From positions 36,156-100,155 of IMG/VR virus record IMGVR_UViG_3300037475_000071: 64,000 nucleotides of DNA. One strand, 5' to 3'. A program made the position numbers and the translations under genes. The notes beneath the pieces were generated by a model. That model did no database searches and was not told the DNA's origin. It saw nothing but the letters and a program-made list of their open reading frames with translations. Origin of the DNA: a virus. This document shows positions 1-9,815 of this stretch, one piece after another (within the stretch, counting starts at the first letter, position 1; each line of letters starts with the position of its first letter).

Positions 1-17
1 TACTAAAGGAGACAAAC

Positions 18-359
18 GTGGTAACAGTAGAGATTAACGTCACTAAGAAAGACATTGCTCAAGGCGTGTGCTCTGACGGCACTAATTGCCCCATAGCGCG
101 TGCTGCTATTCGGGCAGGATTCGACGAAGTAGGTGTTGACAGTTTGGGACTGGTCTTCGGGTACGGGAACCTTGTACGCACAACATTTGGTAGCTATTTT
201 GAGGATGGTGGTTGGGCGAATCTGCCTAAAGTAGCTAAAACCTTTGTTGAAACTTTCGACGGACAAGGCGAAGTTAAACCATTCAAATTTCGAGTCAAAC
301 TTAAGAACTCCGTAGCTAAGCAGTTGAAACTACGCAAATCCGCGATTGTCTCCGCCTAA
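18..359 (+). CDS. hypothetical phage protein
   Basis: 113 aa ORF, AAGGAG RBS before GTG. Confidence 0.75.
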   Translation: MVTVEINVTKKDIAQGVCSDGTNCPIARAAIRAGFDEVGVDSLGLVFGYGNLVRTTFGSYFEDGGWANLPKVAKTFVETFDGQGEVKPFKFRVKLKNSVAKQLKLRKSAIVSA

Positions 360-360
360 C

Positions 361-990
361 ATGGACTTCACTTTCAACAACATCGCCGCCGAGGTTCAGC
401 AACTCAGTCCTCGTGCCGCCGTGGTTAGAGATAGCCTGAAGAAGTTGCAGGGTCGGATGAACGATTCCACCTTCGAACTGGCCGACTTGCTGGCCGAAGC
501 TCTGGAGAACAACTACCCGACCCAGCTTGGCTTCGCTGACCTCAATGCGTGGCTCGAAGACGCGGAACTGGACATTCGGCAGCGGCAGGCCGAACAACTT
601 GTTCAAATCAAGTATAGGAGCGAGGCTCTTGGCATACCACGCGAGACACTGCGCCACCTAGCGACTGGGAAACTCAAGGCCATCTTCTCCCTCGACGTTG
701 ATCGGCATTTTGGCGGGGATAAGGCCAAGTACGAAGCCGCCGTACGCGGACTGGTAGAAGAAGCCCCGAATACCAAGCTGGATGCGCTGGAATCCAAAGT
801 CCGGCAACAGAAAGGCATCGAGGAGGAAGGCACCGTTCTTCGCTCATACCGTATGAGCGAGGAAGGCTACGAGAACGAAGTCAAGCCAGCCATTGAAAGA
901 GTTAAAGGTTTGGCGGGGCAAGAGATGTCCGACGGGGCGGCACTGATTGAGATTTGCTCAGACTTCAACGCTGGGCCTGACAGTATTTAA
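361..990 (+). CDS. hypothetical protein (DUF3102-like helical, possibly DNA-binding)
   Basis: ATG at 361 directly after previous stop; FELADLLAEA...GFADLNAWLE pattern. Confidence 0.6.
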   Translation: MDFTFNNIAAEVQQLSPRAAVVRDSLKKLQGRMNDSTFELADLLAEALENNYPTQLGFADLNAWLEDAELDIRQRQAEQLVQIKYRSEALGIPRETLRHLATGKLKAIFSLDVDRHFGGDKAKYEAAVRGLVEEAPNTKLDALESKVRQQKGIEEEGTVLRSYRMSEEGYENEVKPAIERVKGLAGQEMSDGAALIEICSDFNAGPDSI

Positions 991-1056
991 GGTCAACTAT
1001 ATGGTACCTTAAGCCACATAAGCACAATTATAAGACACTTTAAAAGTAAATAAAAA

Positions 1057-1344
1057 ATGGGAATAACCTTCAAAATAGTTGCTTCTGAACGCAAACTGGT
1101 TGACAAGATTGAATGTGACCACTGCGGTAAAGAAATCAAGAAACATTCCGAGGGCAACTGGAATCCCTACGGAGAGCCATACAGCAAATTCCACAAGCCG
1201 TTGTTCGACGACTATTTTCTGCTGCAACACAGTTGGGGGTACAGTTCCCGCAAGGATTTAGAGACTCACGAAGCTGTAATCTGCGAGGACTGCTACGACG
1301 TTATTTTCAAGAACGTAAAGATTCATATTAAGCATTACGCATAA
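1057..1344 (+). CDS. hypothetical Zn-binding protein
   Basis: CDHC...CEDC pairs. Confidence 0.7.
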   Translation: MGITFKIVASERKLVDKIECDHCGKEIKKHSEGNWNPYGEPYSKFHKPLFDDYFLLQHSWGYSSRKDLETHEAVICEDCYDVIFKNVKIHIKHYA

Positions 1345-1354
1345 GGAGAACCCA

Positions 1355-1654
1355 TTGTTTATCTTCAATTCATGCCCCGACCACACGCACATCATCCTCG
1401 AAGGTGACGAACGGGACATCGTTCAGTCACTTCTGGAAGCCTCTGTATTTGGCGGCGATGGTGCTGTTGACTCTGAGCAACTATCCCACTACGTAGCGGA
1501 CGAGACTGGAGCTACGCCGCTAGGGGTTATGGTGACTACTTCAGAGTTGGCCGACCAGCTCATGTACGCACTCTGTAACCCTGACTACAACAACGACGAA
1601 GAGACGGAAGCTAAGCCTTTGACGACGGCTAGCAACACGACGACCATCAACTAA
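1355..1654 (+). CDS. hypothetical acidic protein
   Basis: AAGGAG RBS, ORF tiles with neighbours. Confidence 0.65.
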   Translation: MFIFNSCPDHTHIILEGDERDIVQSLLEASVFGGDGAVDSEQLSHYVADETGATPLGVMVTTSELADQLMYALCNPDYNNDEETEAKPLTTASNTTTIN

Positions 1655-1936
1655 GTGACGGACGATGAGTACAAGGCACTATGTCGTCGGGTACTTAAAC
1701 GCGACCATTACAAATGTGTGGTTCCTCTCTGTGGCGCACGGTCTGCGCTGCATTGCCACCCCGTACGTTATAGGTCGGCAGGCGGCCCAGACGAAAGCTC
1801 AAACCTGCTGACGGTGTGTAGTCGGTGTCACGACCGCATCCACGTCACTGGCGAAGTTCAAATCGTTGCACTCTGGGAAGGCACGGAGATAAACGCCGAC
1901 CTGAAGCACTACAAATTTGTTATTAGGAGGAAGTGA
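1655..1936 (+). CDS. HNH endonuclease
   Basis: VLKRDHYKC..C...H...GG....NL..CSRCH..IH. Confidence 0.85.
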   Translation: MTDDEYKALCRRVLKRDHYKCVVPLCGARSALHCHPVRYRSAGGPDESSNLLTVCSRCHDRIHVTGEVQIVALWEGTEINADLKHYKFVIRRK

Positions 1937-2245
1937 TTGTACGAGTTCTTAAAGCCTAGAAACGGCCCAGTAGTTGATGGGATGGAGTCGGAGGAAGTTG
2001 TGTACGCGGAAGACCAGCCTCAGTACATTCCACTGCGTACGCTAGTAAGTTCAGCCCCAGATGGACGTGTGGTATCCCGCTGGACGCCGACGGATGAGCA
2101 GCGAAAGCTAATCGCCGACGGCGCAGACATTTTCTTAGAGTTGCTAACTTTTCACCAACCATTAAACCCCATCCGAGTAGCTGTTTCTGACGGAAAGCTG
2201 GATAACGGGTGGGTACGGGTTTGCTTGCTAGGACGACACGCATAA
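1937..2245 (+). CDS. hypothetical phage protein
   Basis: AGGAGG RBS; YAEDQPQYIPL and SRWTPT motifs typical of a small phage family. Confidence 0.7.
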   Translation: MYEFLKPRNGPVVDGMESEEVVYAEDQPQYIPLRTLVSSAPDGRVVSRWTPTDEQRKLIADGADIFLELLTFHQPLNPIRVAVSDGKLDNGWVRVCLLGRHA

Positions 2246-2932
2246 ATGAGTAAATATGATAATTCAACTTGCAATTGGTGTGGTGCAATTATACCTAAAC
2301 CAAACAAGACGCAGCGGGCAGGATTACACAGGGCAGGCCATGCTTACTGCTCCACTGAATGCTCATCGGCCAACGCTTCTCATATAAGTTCAATAAGGAT
2401 GGCCGAGACTAACCGCAAGCACTGCTCAGCGCGTATGAAACGTAACAATCCTATGAAGCGCGAGGATGTTAGGCAGAAACAGTTAGCTAGTATACTTAGG
2501 GCTGGCGTAAAACCTCCGATACAGGGAGGTAACGGAAGAGGGCCGACCAAATGGGAAGCTATGTTGGCTGCTGCCACGGGTCTAGCCGTTAATGTAGTGG
2601 TTCCGACTAAAGTACCGCGAGGTACGGGATACCCTACGTGTTACAAGATAGACCTCGGCGATGAGTTTTACAAAGTTGGCGTAGAAGTTGACGGCAACTC
2701 ACATTACGGCGTTCGCAAAGTACAAGACAACAAGAAGGATTTGTTTTTACAGGAGCGAGGTTGGACTATTCTTCGCTTCAAGAATAAAGAAGTGGAAAAT
2801 AACCTACGAGCGTGTGTCGATAGCATAAATAGCACACTGGAGAAAAAACGTGAAGCTGAGACCCTATCAGGAATCTGCCTTGGAAGCAATCAAGCTCCAG
2901 TACCAGAATGGAGTCAATCGGCTACTCCTTAA
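2246..2932 (+). CDS. DUF559/Vsr-like endonuclease with N-terminal Zn finger (probable homing endonuclease)
   Basis: CNWC..YCSTEC; IDL...VEVDGNSH...D..KD.FL..RGW.ILRF.N. Confidence 0.8.
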   Translation: MSKYDNSTCNWCGAIIPKPNKTQRAGLHRAGHAYCSTECSSANASHISSIRMAETNRKHCSARMKRNNPMKREDVRQKQLASILRAGVKPPIQGGNGRGPTKWEAMLAAATGLAVNVVVPTKVPRGTGYPTCYKIDLGDEFYKVGVEVDGNSHYGVRKVQDNKKDLFLQERGWTILRFKNKEVENNLRACVDSINSTLEKKREAETLSGICLGSNQAPVPEWSQSATP

Positions 2933-4538
2933 TCTTCCCTGCGGAACCGGAAAAACTTGCTGCTTTAGTATGTTGCCACAACGCATGGAGTTGCCCGGAA
3001 AGTGGCTAATCTTGGTGCATCGCACCGAACTAGCGCAGCAGGCGTTCGACAAAATCAGCAAATGGAATCCCGACCTTAAAGTTGAAATTGAAATGGGTAG
3101 CGACCACGCCTGCGCCTCTTCTGACGTTGTTATAGCTTCCGTTCAGACTCTCGGTATGGAAGGCGGCACGCGGATTAACAAGTGGAATCCAGAAGAGTTT
3201 GCTGGCGTCGTAATAGATGAGTGTCATAGAAGTACGGCTGCTACGTACACCCGCGTGCTTGAGCATTTCGGCCTAGATAAACCAGGTGGTAAGCGATTAT
3301 TGCTGGGAGTAACTGCCACAGTCAATCGTGCAGACGGACAGGGGCTGGATAAGGTCTACGACGCCATTGCTTATGAACTGTCGCTTCTGGACGCTGTAAG
3401 GCAGGGCTGGCTGGTGGATTTAAAGGGTATTCGCGTGGTTACGGGCGTTAGCTTGGATGGAGTCAAAATTACGGCCGGGGACTTTAACCCAAAGCAGCTT
3501 GAGGATGCCATTAATACGCCAGCACGTAATAAAGTAATCGTTCAAGAATGGCTGAAACACGCTGAACGTAGACGTACGGTAGCGTTCACCGTTGACATCC
3601 AGCACGCGAAGGACTTGGCAGCAATGTTCCGTGAGCATGACGTTAAGGCGGAAGCAGTATGGGGAACCGACCCTAACCGTAAAGAAAAATTAGCACAGTA
3701 TGCTGCTGGCCAATTCGAAGTGCTGACCAACAGTTTTTTGTTGGTTGAAGGTTGGGACGACCCAGAGACAGCCTGTGTATTACAGGCAAAGCCCACCAGA
3801 AGCCTAGTAATGTATCAACAGCAGATTGGGCGAGGAGATCGTCTCCAAGCAAGTGTAGACAACCTCCTAGAAGCCAGAAAACTTGGCCAGAAACTGGAGA
3901 AGGAAGATTGCCTGATTATCGACGTAGTGGACAACACGACGAAGCACTCGCTCGTGACGGTTCCCTCGTTGATGGGCCTCAATCCTGACCTAGACCTTAA
4001 AGGCGAGAGCGTTGTTTTCGCCAAGGATAGGGCCGACGCACTACAGGCCGCCAATCCGCTGGCCGACATGTCCAAGGTTACGGACATTGAGCAACTACGT
4101 GGCGACACTATTCCGGTGGATTTGTGGAAGGTAGAGTTCGCGCCGGAGGTACTGAAGGAGACGAGGCTACAGTGGCACAAGACTGGAGAGAGCAGCTACC
4201 TGCTGTCTATGAAATCCGGCCAAGGTGCAGTGGTATGGCAGGACTCGCTGAATAAGTGGCATGTAAAAGCCGTGTATGGGCAGAACAAGTTCGACGAGAC
4301 CTTCGATACCCGCAAAGCTACGTTCGGGTTCGCTGAGAGAATGGCGGGTCTATGCAATGGGGACGACGCCAGATGGTTGACCCGTAATAATTCGTGGGGA
4401 GCCAAGCCAGCAACTAAGAACCAACTGGACTACTTACGTCGTCGTGGCGTGGCCGTCAAGGAAGATATTACTTCTGGACAGGCTAATCAAATTATTAACC
4501 GTTTGCAAGCAATTAACAGCGTAGGAGCAGCGCAATGA
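2850..4538 (+). CDS. SF2 DEAD/DEAH-box helicase
   Basis: LRPYQ, PCGTGKT, DECH, TAT, LVEGWD, QQIGRGDR. Confidence 0.93.
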   Translation: MKLRPYQESALEAIKLQYQNGVNRLLLNLPCGTGKTCCFSMLPQRMELPGKWLILVHRTELAQQAFDKISKWNPDLKVEIEMGSDHACASSDVVIASVQTLGMEGGTRINKWNPEEFAGVVIDECHRSTAATYTRVLEHFGLDKPGGKRLLLGVTATVNRADGQGLDKVYDAIAYELSLLDAVRQGWLVDLKGIRVVTGVSLDGVKITAGDFNPKQLEDAINTPARNKVIVQEWLKHAERRRTVAFTVDIQHAKDLAAMFREHDVKAEAVWGTDPNRKEKLAQYAAGQFEVLTNSFLLVEGWDDPETACVLQAKPTRSLVMYQQQIGRGDRLQASVDNLLEARKLGQKLEKEDCLIIDVVDNTTKHSLVTVPSLMGLNPDLDLKGESVVFAKDRADALQAANPLADMSKVTDIEQLRGDTIPVDLWKVEFAPEVLKETRLQWHKTGESSYLLSMKSGQGAVVWQDSLNKWHVKAVYGQNKFDETFDTRKATFGFAERMAGLCNGDDARWLTRNNSWGAKPATKNQLDYLRRRGVAVKEDITSGQANQIINRLQAINSVGAAQ

Positions 4539-4780
4539 AGATAGACAAATTCGAAGGGGACATATTCTGGAACGCTGAAGACAGGGAGATGGACGTAGAG
4601 CCCGAAGAGTATATGAACGAGGTTGGCTGCGGCATAGTAATTCAGTTTTCTCAAGCCAAGAGCTTACCTGACTTCTACGGTGTTCAATACTACGAGTCCG
4701 ACAAGGATGAATACGTTGATGTATTCTTCACAACGCTCGAAGAGGCAGAAGACTGGGTTAATGCACACCCAGAGAAATAA
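4535..4780 (+). CDS. hypothetical acidic protein
   Basis: ATGA overlap with helicase stop, AGGAG RBS. Confidence 0.7.
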   Translation: MKIDKFEGDIFWNAEDREMDVEPEEYMNEVGCGIVIQFSQAKSLPDFYGVQYYESDKDEYVDVFFTTLEEAEDWVNAHPEK

Positions 4781-4785
4781 CCTAT

Positions 4786-5910
4786 ATGCCGTTTAAGATT
4801 GTTACCCTGTCCAAACGGCCTGAAAACCTCATCCCGTTCGTGGAATCCATCTATCGGCAAGACCCCACCATACCCCGCGAGAACATCGTGGTGGTCAATG
4901 ATGGTGCCCGTGCTGAGGCGGAGATAGCCCTGCCTGGTATTACTTGGGTTGAGGGCGAGAAGCCGTTCGTGTTCTCCCGCAATGCCAACATCGGTATCCT
5001 TGCGGCGGATTCAGATGTAGTAATCCTGTGCAACGACGACATAACCCTGCAAACTCAGGGCGGATTCACCAAGCTGGCTACAGTCTCGGGTAGATTTGGT
5101 CTCACCTCGGCTGCGATACACGGCCCAGTAGGTAATCCAACACAGAGTTGGGTGCGCGGGGATAAGGAGCACGGCCTCCGCGAAGAACATATCCTGCTGT
5201 GCTTTGTCTGCGTGGCTATTCCCCGCTTCGTGTGGGACACTGTTGGCCCTCTGGACGAAAGGTTTGTCGGGTACGGCTATGAGGATGACGACTACAGCAA
5301 GCGGGTACAGGACGCCGGCCAGAAGCTGTACATCTACGATGGCTGCGTAGTCCAACACGGCGGGATACAGAAGTCCACGTTCCGAGACCAATACGATGAG
5401 AGTTTTGTTTCTCTCATGGCTCAAAGCAAGAAAGCATTCAAAGAAAAATGGGGAGAATCCTTGTCACTACGATTAAATCTGGGGTGCTCCGACGCGCATG
5501 TGTCGGGCTATACCAACGTAGATTTAGCTGAACCCGCCGATGTCATTGCCGACCTGTCGAAGCCGTGGCCGTGGGCCGACTCAAGCATAGAGGCTATCCG
5601 CGCTCACGACATCATTGAACACTTGCCTAACAAGATTCAAACCATGAACGAGATGTGGCGGGTGCTGAAGCCAGAGGGTAGGGCGGAAATAGTTGTGCCC
5701 ACCACTGGAGGTACGGGAGCATTCCAAGACCCCACCCATGTGAGTTTCTGGAACCGCCGTAGCTTCCTGTATTACGAGAGCGGCTGCCTGTATCGGGAGC
5801 GTTTCGCCAAAGCCTACGGCATTACGGCGGCGTTCAAGATGGTAGAAGATAGCGAGACACAGACTATGGACGGGCCGAAGCTGCGCATCGTGTTGCAGGC
5901 GGTGAAATAG
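4786..5910 (+). CDS. GT2 glycosyltransferase fused to C-terminal class I SAM methyltransferase
   Basis: VVVNDG, FSRNANIG, LCNDD, LDERF.GYG.EDDDY; then LNLGCS, AHDIIEHL, E..RVLKPEG, DPTH. Confidence 0.88.
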   Translation: MPFKIVTLSKRPENLIPFVESIYRQDPTIPRENIVVVNDGARAEAEIALPGITWVEGEKPFVFSRNANIGILAADSDVVILCNDDITLQTQGGFTKLATVSGRFGLTSAAIHGPVGNPTQSWVRGDKEHGLREEHILLCFVCVAIPRFVWDTVGPLDERFVGYGYEDDDYSKRVQDAGQKLYIYDGCVVQHGGIQKSTFRDQYDESFVSLMAQSKKAFKEKWGESLSLRLNLGCSDAHVSGYTNVDLAEPADVIADLSKPWPWADSSIEAIRAHDIIEHLPNKIQTMNEMWRVLKPEGRAEIVVPTTGGTGAFQDPTHVSFWNRRSFLYYESGCLYRERFAKAYGITAAFKMVEDSETQTMDGPKLRIVLQAVK

Positions 5911-6632
5911 TGCAGCTAATCGCAGCCATGCGTATCAAGGATGAATCGCGTTGGATAGTGGAAGTGCTGGAGTCCATCCTTCCCGTCTGCGAGAAGGTGT
6001 TTATTCTCGACGATCATTCCACGGACGGCACCGTGGAACTCTGTCGGTCATTCAATCGTGTGACGGTGTTGGAGTCTCCGTTTGAAGGGGTGGACGAGGC
6101 CAGAGACAAAACGTGGCTCATGGCACAAGTGCTATCCGTTCACGACGCGGAATGGGTCTTAATGATAGACGGTGACGAGGTTCTGGAATCAGCAGGCCCA
6201 CAGAAGATACGGCGGCTATTGCAATACCCACTCTACGAGTATTACTCATTCAACATCCTGTATCTGTGGAACGACGCGCACACTGTGCGTAGAGATGGGG
6301 TGTACGGCAGCTTCAAGCGCCCTTCGCTGTTTCGGGTGCAGCCTAATCAGTTGCCGATATGGAAGAGTACCAACTACGGCGGCAACTTTCATTGCAGCAA
6401 TATACCCAGCTACTTGATGAACCTGCCCTACGCCGCGTCAGAGATAAACCTATACCACTACGGCTACATCGACGCCTCCCTACGAGAGCGAAAGTATCGC
6501 TGGTACAACCAAATCGATCCCAACAACCTTGCTGAAGATTGCTACCGCCATACCGTACAAGGTGACCCGTGTGGCCCGCCAGCAGACATGAAGCTATTGC
6601 ACGCTGGGCCACTGAGATTGGAACGCATATGA
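5910..6632 (+). CDS. GT2 family glycosyltransferase
   Basis: IKDE, LDDHSTDGT, WVLMIDGDE, HYGY. Confidence 0.88.
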   Translation: MQLIAAMRIKDESRWIVEVLESILPVCEKVFILDDHSTDGTVELCRSFNRVTVLESPFEGVDEARDKTWLMAQVLSVHDAEWVLMIDGDEVLESAGPQKIRRLLQYPLYEYYSFNILYLWNDAHTVRRDGVYGSFKRPSLFRVQPNQLPIWKSTNYGGNFHCSNIPSYLMNLPYAASEINLYHYGYIDASLRERKYRWYNQIDPNNLAEDCYRHTVQGDPCGPPADMKLLHAGPLRLERI

Positions 6633-8557
6633 GCATCGAGTCTAAAGCAGTTCAATACTTCGAGAGCAAAGGGTGGATGGAAACAGCTAAGTTCTCTGAC
6701 GACCATGTAATGCTAGAACTCTGCCCCATCTGCGGCAAGGATGGCTGGCATTTCTACGTCAACATTTCTCCTGAGAAGGACGGCCTGTACTCCTGTAAGG
6801 TGGGAGGGTGCGAAGGAAACCTCACAAAACTCCGCCAAGAACTGGGAGACACCCAACAGAAAACGGAAGCACACACAGAGTTAACCTCGACTTCAGACTG
6901 GGCCAAGGACAAGAAGCCGGACGTGTTGCCCAACGTTGCTGCCTGCTACAGCCGACTCATCAACGACGTAGACGCGCTTGACTACCTCATGAATACACGG
7001 GGATGGTCACGTCGTGTTATCGACGAGTTGCAACTGGGTCTCATGGCCCAGCATGGCAAGAAGTACCTCGTCATACCCTACCTAGACCAGACTGGTCAGA
7101 TTGTTTTTTCTAAGTACCGCAGTTTGCCTCCCGCTGAGAAGGCGTTCTTCATTTCCAAAGGCCACCCGACGCGGCTCTACAACGAGACCTGCATTCAGCC
7201 TGAGATGGAAGAGCTCACCCTCCTAGAAGGTGAGGGAGATACTATAACGATGCTCGACTGGGGCATCACGTCGGTGGTCGGAGTTCCCGGTGCTGGAAAC
7301 AAGAAGACAGAATGGATAACCAAGATAGACAAGGCCCGACCGAAGAAAATCTATATCCTCTTCGATAATGACAAAGCTGGCCAACAAGGGGCGGCGGAGT
7401 TAGCCAAGAAGTTGATGCTGAACACGGAGTTGCCTACCCCGCTCAGTATAGTTCTTCCTCCGTTTGAAACCCATGATGGCGACGAAGGCAAGGATATAAG
7501 CGACTTCAAACGCGCTGGACACACTCGTGAAGAGTTTGAAGCACTGAAAGAGAAGGCACTCCCATTTGAAGTCAAGGGAGTGGCTACACTGGGAGACGCG
7601 CTCGATCGGCTGGAACAGGAACTGTTGGGTAAAGAGTTGCTGGCACCGCGGTACGCTACTCAGTTTGCTTCCCTGAATACCAAGCTGGGCGGGTTCGAAC
7701 GAGGAGACATCGTTGATATTATCGCAGGTGAAAAACAGGGTAAGAGCTCCTTCGCGCTTAACCTGATAGAGCACCTCGTATCGACGTACAACGAGTCGGG
7801 CTTATTCGAGTGCCTTGAAATGCCTGACACGCGGCTTGCTAGGAAATGGGTCAGCATGGTCACCAAGACTGACGACTCTCCTGCGAAGACACCAGAAGAA
7901 GCTAGGGCACGTATGCTGGTGATGCGGGAGGCCATTGTTACGGCTAAACAAATTGCAGGCTCACGCGAAGCCGACCTGTTGTTTGGTTTCACGCGGGTCA
8001 AAGACCCCGAAGAGATTTATGACACCATCAGACAGGCTGTGCGCCGATACGGAGTGCGCTTCGTAGTGGTGGACAACATTCAATTACTGGCTGACCAGAC
8101 CCTTAAGAATCAAAACCATCGTACAACCCACCTGAGCCAAATCAGTAAGAAGCTCAAGGCGTTGGCTCTGGAGCTAGAGATTGTGATGTTCCGCATCGTT
8201 CAGCCTAATCGCATCCGTGAAGGTGAAGTTGCCAGCCATTTGAACGCCGATGGAAGCAGTCAGTTGGCCAAGGACTGCGATGCAACCATAGCTCTACACC
8301 GTAACACGAAGATGAAGCTGAGTGCCGACGACCTCAAGCAGATTGGATTCATGGATGAAGACCAATCGTTCGAGCCTCAACTGTACACACGGGTCTCAAT
8401 CACCCGCTACGCTGCTGGCGGGATGTGCACGCTGAAGTTCCAAGGCGAATACAGCTTAGTTTCAGAGTGGACTTCCGACGAGGCCGCAGGGCTAACCAAC
8501 CCAGTGCAAGCAGGGCTGGACATGAAGACCATCGCCGTTCCTGTTGGCGGTTACTAA
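6629..8557 (+). CDS. primase-helicase (Zn finger + TOPRIM + DnaB-like helicase; T7 gp4/Twinkle type)
   Basis: CPIC..H..C; LEGEGD, FDNDKAG, KDISD; AGEKQGKS, LEM, VVDNIQ, GSSQLAKDCD; start moved to ATG 6629. Confidence 0.92.
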   Translation: MSIESKAVQYFESKGWMETAKFSDDHVMLELCPICGKDGWHFYVNISPEKDGLYSCKVGGCEGNLTKLRQELGDTQQKTEAHTELTSTSDWAKDKKPDVLPNVAACYSRLINDVDALDYLMNTRGWSRRVIDELQLGLMAQHGKKYLVIPYLDQTGQIVFSKYRSLPPAEKAFFISKGHPTRLYNETCIQPEMEELTLLEGEGDTITMLDWGITSVVGVPGAGNKKTEWITKIDKARPKKIYILFDNDKAGQQGAAELAKKLMLNTELPTPLSIVLPPFETHDGDEGKDISDFKRAGHTREEFEALKEKALPFEVKGVATLGDALDRLEQELLGKELLAPRYATQFASLNTKLGGFERGDIVDIIAGEKQGKSSFALNLIEHLVSTYNESGLFECLEMPDTRLARKWVSMVTKTDDSPAKTPEEARARMLVMREAIVTAKQIAGSREADLLFGFTRVKDPEEIYDTIRQAVRRYGVRFVVVDNIQLLADQTLKNQNHRTTHLSQISKKLKALALELEIVMFRIVQPNRIREGEVASHLNADGSSQLAKDCDATIALHRNTKMKLSADDLKQIGFMDEDQSFEPQLYTRVSITRYAAGGMCTLKFQGEYSLVSEWTSDEAAGLTNPVQAGLDMKTIAVPVGGY

Positions 8558-8572
8558 TCACACATGTTTTAG

Positions 8573-8601
8573 TTGACATTACACTCCGTTTCGTGTAGTG
8601 T
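8573..8601 (+). promoter_or_regulatory. sigma70-like promoter P1 with dyad in spacer
   Basis: TTGACA-17-TAGTGT; inverted repeat ATTACACT (8578-85)/AGTGTAAT (8597-8604). Confidence 0.7.
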
Positions 8602-8645
8602 AATAGCAGATGGGGAGAGCGGTATTTGGTCACTGCTCCAACCAA

Positions 8646-8795
8646 TTGTGCGGCGACCGTGGAAGGACACGCACGGCTTGGGAAGTAGCTTATCTGCAAC
8701 GTGTCAGTCTCAGCAGAATCAAGCATCCCTAGACAGCCGGAGTAGTGGAGGGACTGACAAACCCACTGAGTAGGAATCAAGCCCTACCCGCACAA
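8646..8795 (+). ncRNA. tRNA-like structured RNA with expanded central arm
   Basis: Terminal stem TTGTGCGG/CCGCACAA, D-like hairpin CGTG-GAAGGA-CACG, T-like arm GTAGG-AATCAAGC-CCTAC abutting the terminal stem, internal stem TGTCAGTCTC/GGGACTGACA; downstream of P1. Confidence 0.6.
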
Positions 8796-8806
8796 ACAAA
8801 ATTCAT

Positions 8807-9235
8807 ATGTTCGAAAACATACGCCGCGCTACACCCAAGGAACGCTCCGACCCACGGCAAACCAGCCTCTATGGTAGCCGACACGAGCAGGAGCTTCAAC
8901 ACTTTTATACAACCACGAGACAACCACAAGGGAGCGGAGACTTGTCAACTGAGTCATTTGCTATACCAGTTCCACTACAGCACGCCGAAGAGTACGACGT
9001 AATAAACGGCATCACCATCCGAGAAGCCAACCGCGCCACACGGTTTGAATACTACGCTTCTGAGATTGTCATCCTAGCGAAAATAGCCAAAGAAAACTAC
9101 CTGGACAAGGGCGTCAACGCGGTTCTCGTCAAGGTTCCCACCAAGCACAGGCCGTTCCACAAGGTTGCTGTCTACGTGGAAGAGGGCTTCCTTGTGCCAG
9201 TCTCACGCAGCTTCTCAGAACGGGACAGCGACTAA
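8807..9235 (+). CDS. hypothetical protein
   Basis: 142 aa ORF tiling the operon. Confidence 0.7.
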   Translation: MFENIRRATPKERSDPRQTSLYGSRHEQELQHFYTTTRQPQGSGDLSTESFAIPVPLQHAEEYDVINGITIREANRATRFEYYASEIVILAKIAKENYLDKGVNAVLVKVPTKHRPFHKVAVYVEEGFLVPVSRSFSERDSD

Positions 9236-9405
9236 TGGGCTGCGGACTGTGTACTGACGGGGTAAAGAAGATTGTGGGCGACAGGGGCTGGGAAGAAATA
9301 CCGTGCTGGTGTCCTGCTGGCCGGGCTATAGCGGAAGCACAACGTCAAGAGAAAGCTACCAACATTGCGGCGGAGCGGGAAATACTTCGCCAATCAAACA
9401 AGTGA
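9235..9405 (+). CDS. small Zn-finger protein (56 aa, not in ORF track)
   Basis: MGCGLCTDG...IPCWCPAG; TAATG and GTGA overlaps with neighbours. Confidence 0.6.
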   Translation: MGCGLCTDGVKKIVGDRGWEEIPCWCPAGRAIAEAQRQEKATNIAAEREILRQSNK

Positions 9406-9815
9406 CAAAGCAGAGTTCTAAGGACAGGGCAAGGGCAAGAAACCTCTGGTTATTTTACCGGATAACACCCGAAGAACACGCACTCATAAAGAAGTATCAG
9501 CAAGACCATTCAATTTACCGCCTACTGCTGGGTAAACGAAACTCCTGTGACCACGACCACACTAGCGGGGAAATCCGGGGCTTACTCGAATGGCGATTGA
9601 ATAAAGCATACGGCCTGTTTGAGAAGGTAGCTGGCGACAACCTACCAGACGTACTAAGAGCGTTGGCAACATATCACGAACACCCTCCAGCAGAACTCGC
9701 CTTGGGTGAAAAGAAATTCGGACTCATCGGCCTCGCTAAAAGGAAAAAAGTAATGACGTACGGCCCACCAGTCATAAAGAAAGGGAAAGAACCACGCACT
9801 AATAAACCTCAATGA
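9402..9815 (+). CDS. endonuclease VII-like (Holliday junction resolvase or homing endonuclease)
   Basis: Y.IT.EE, DHDHTSGEIRGLL...N...G; start moved to GTG 9402. Confidence 0.78.
   Translation: MTKQSSKDRARARNLWLFYRITPEEHALIKKYQQDHSIYRLLLGKRNSCDHDHTSGEIRGLLEWRLNKAYGLFEKVAGDNLPDVLRALATYHEHPPAELALGEKKFGLIGLAKRKKVMTYGPPVIKKGKEPRTNKPQ

Noticed and set aside
8646-8795. Canonical tRNA or tmRNA
   Set aside because: No 7 nt anticodon loop, no TTC loop, no CCA, too short for tmRNA; kept only as tRNA-like
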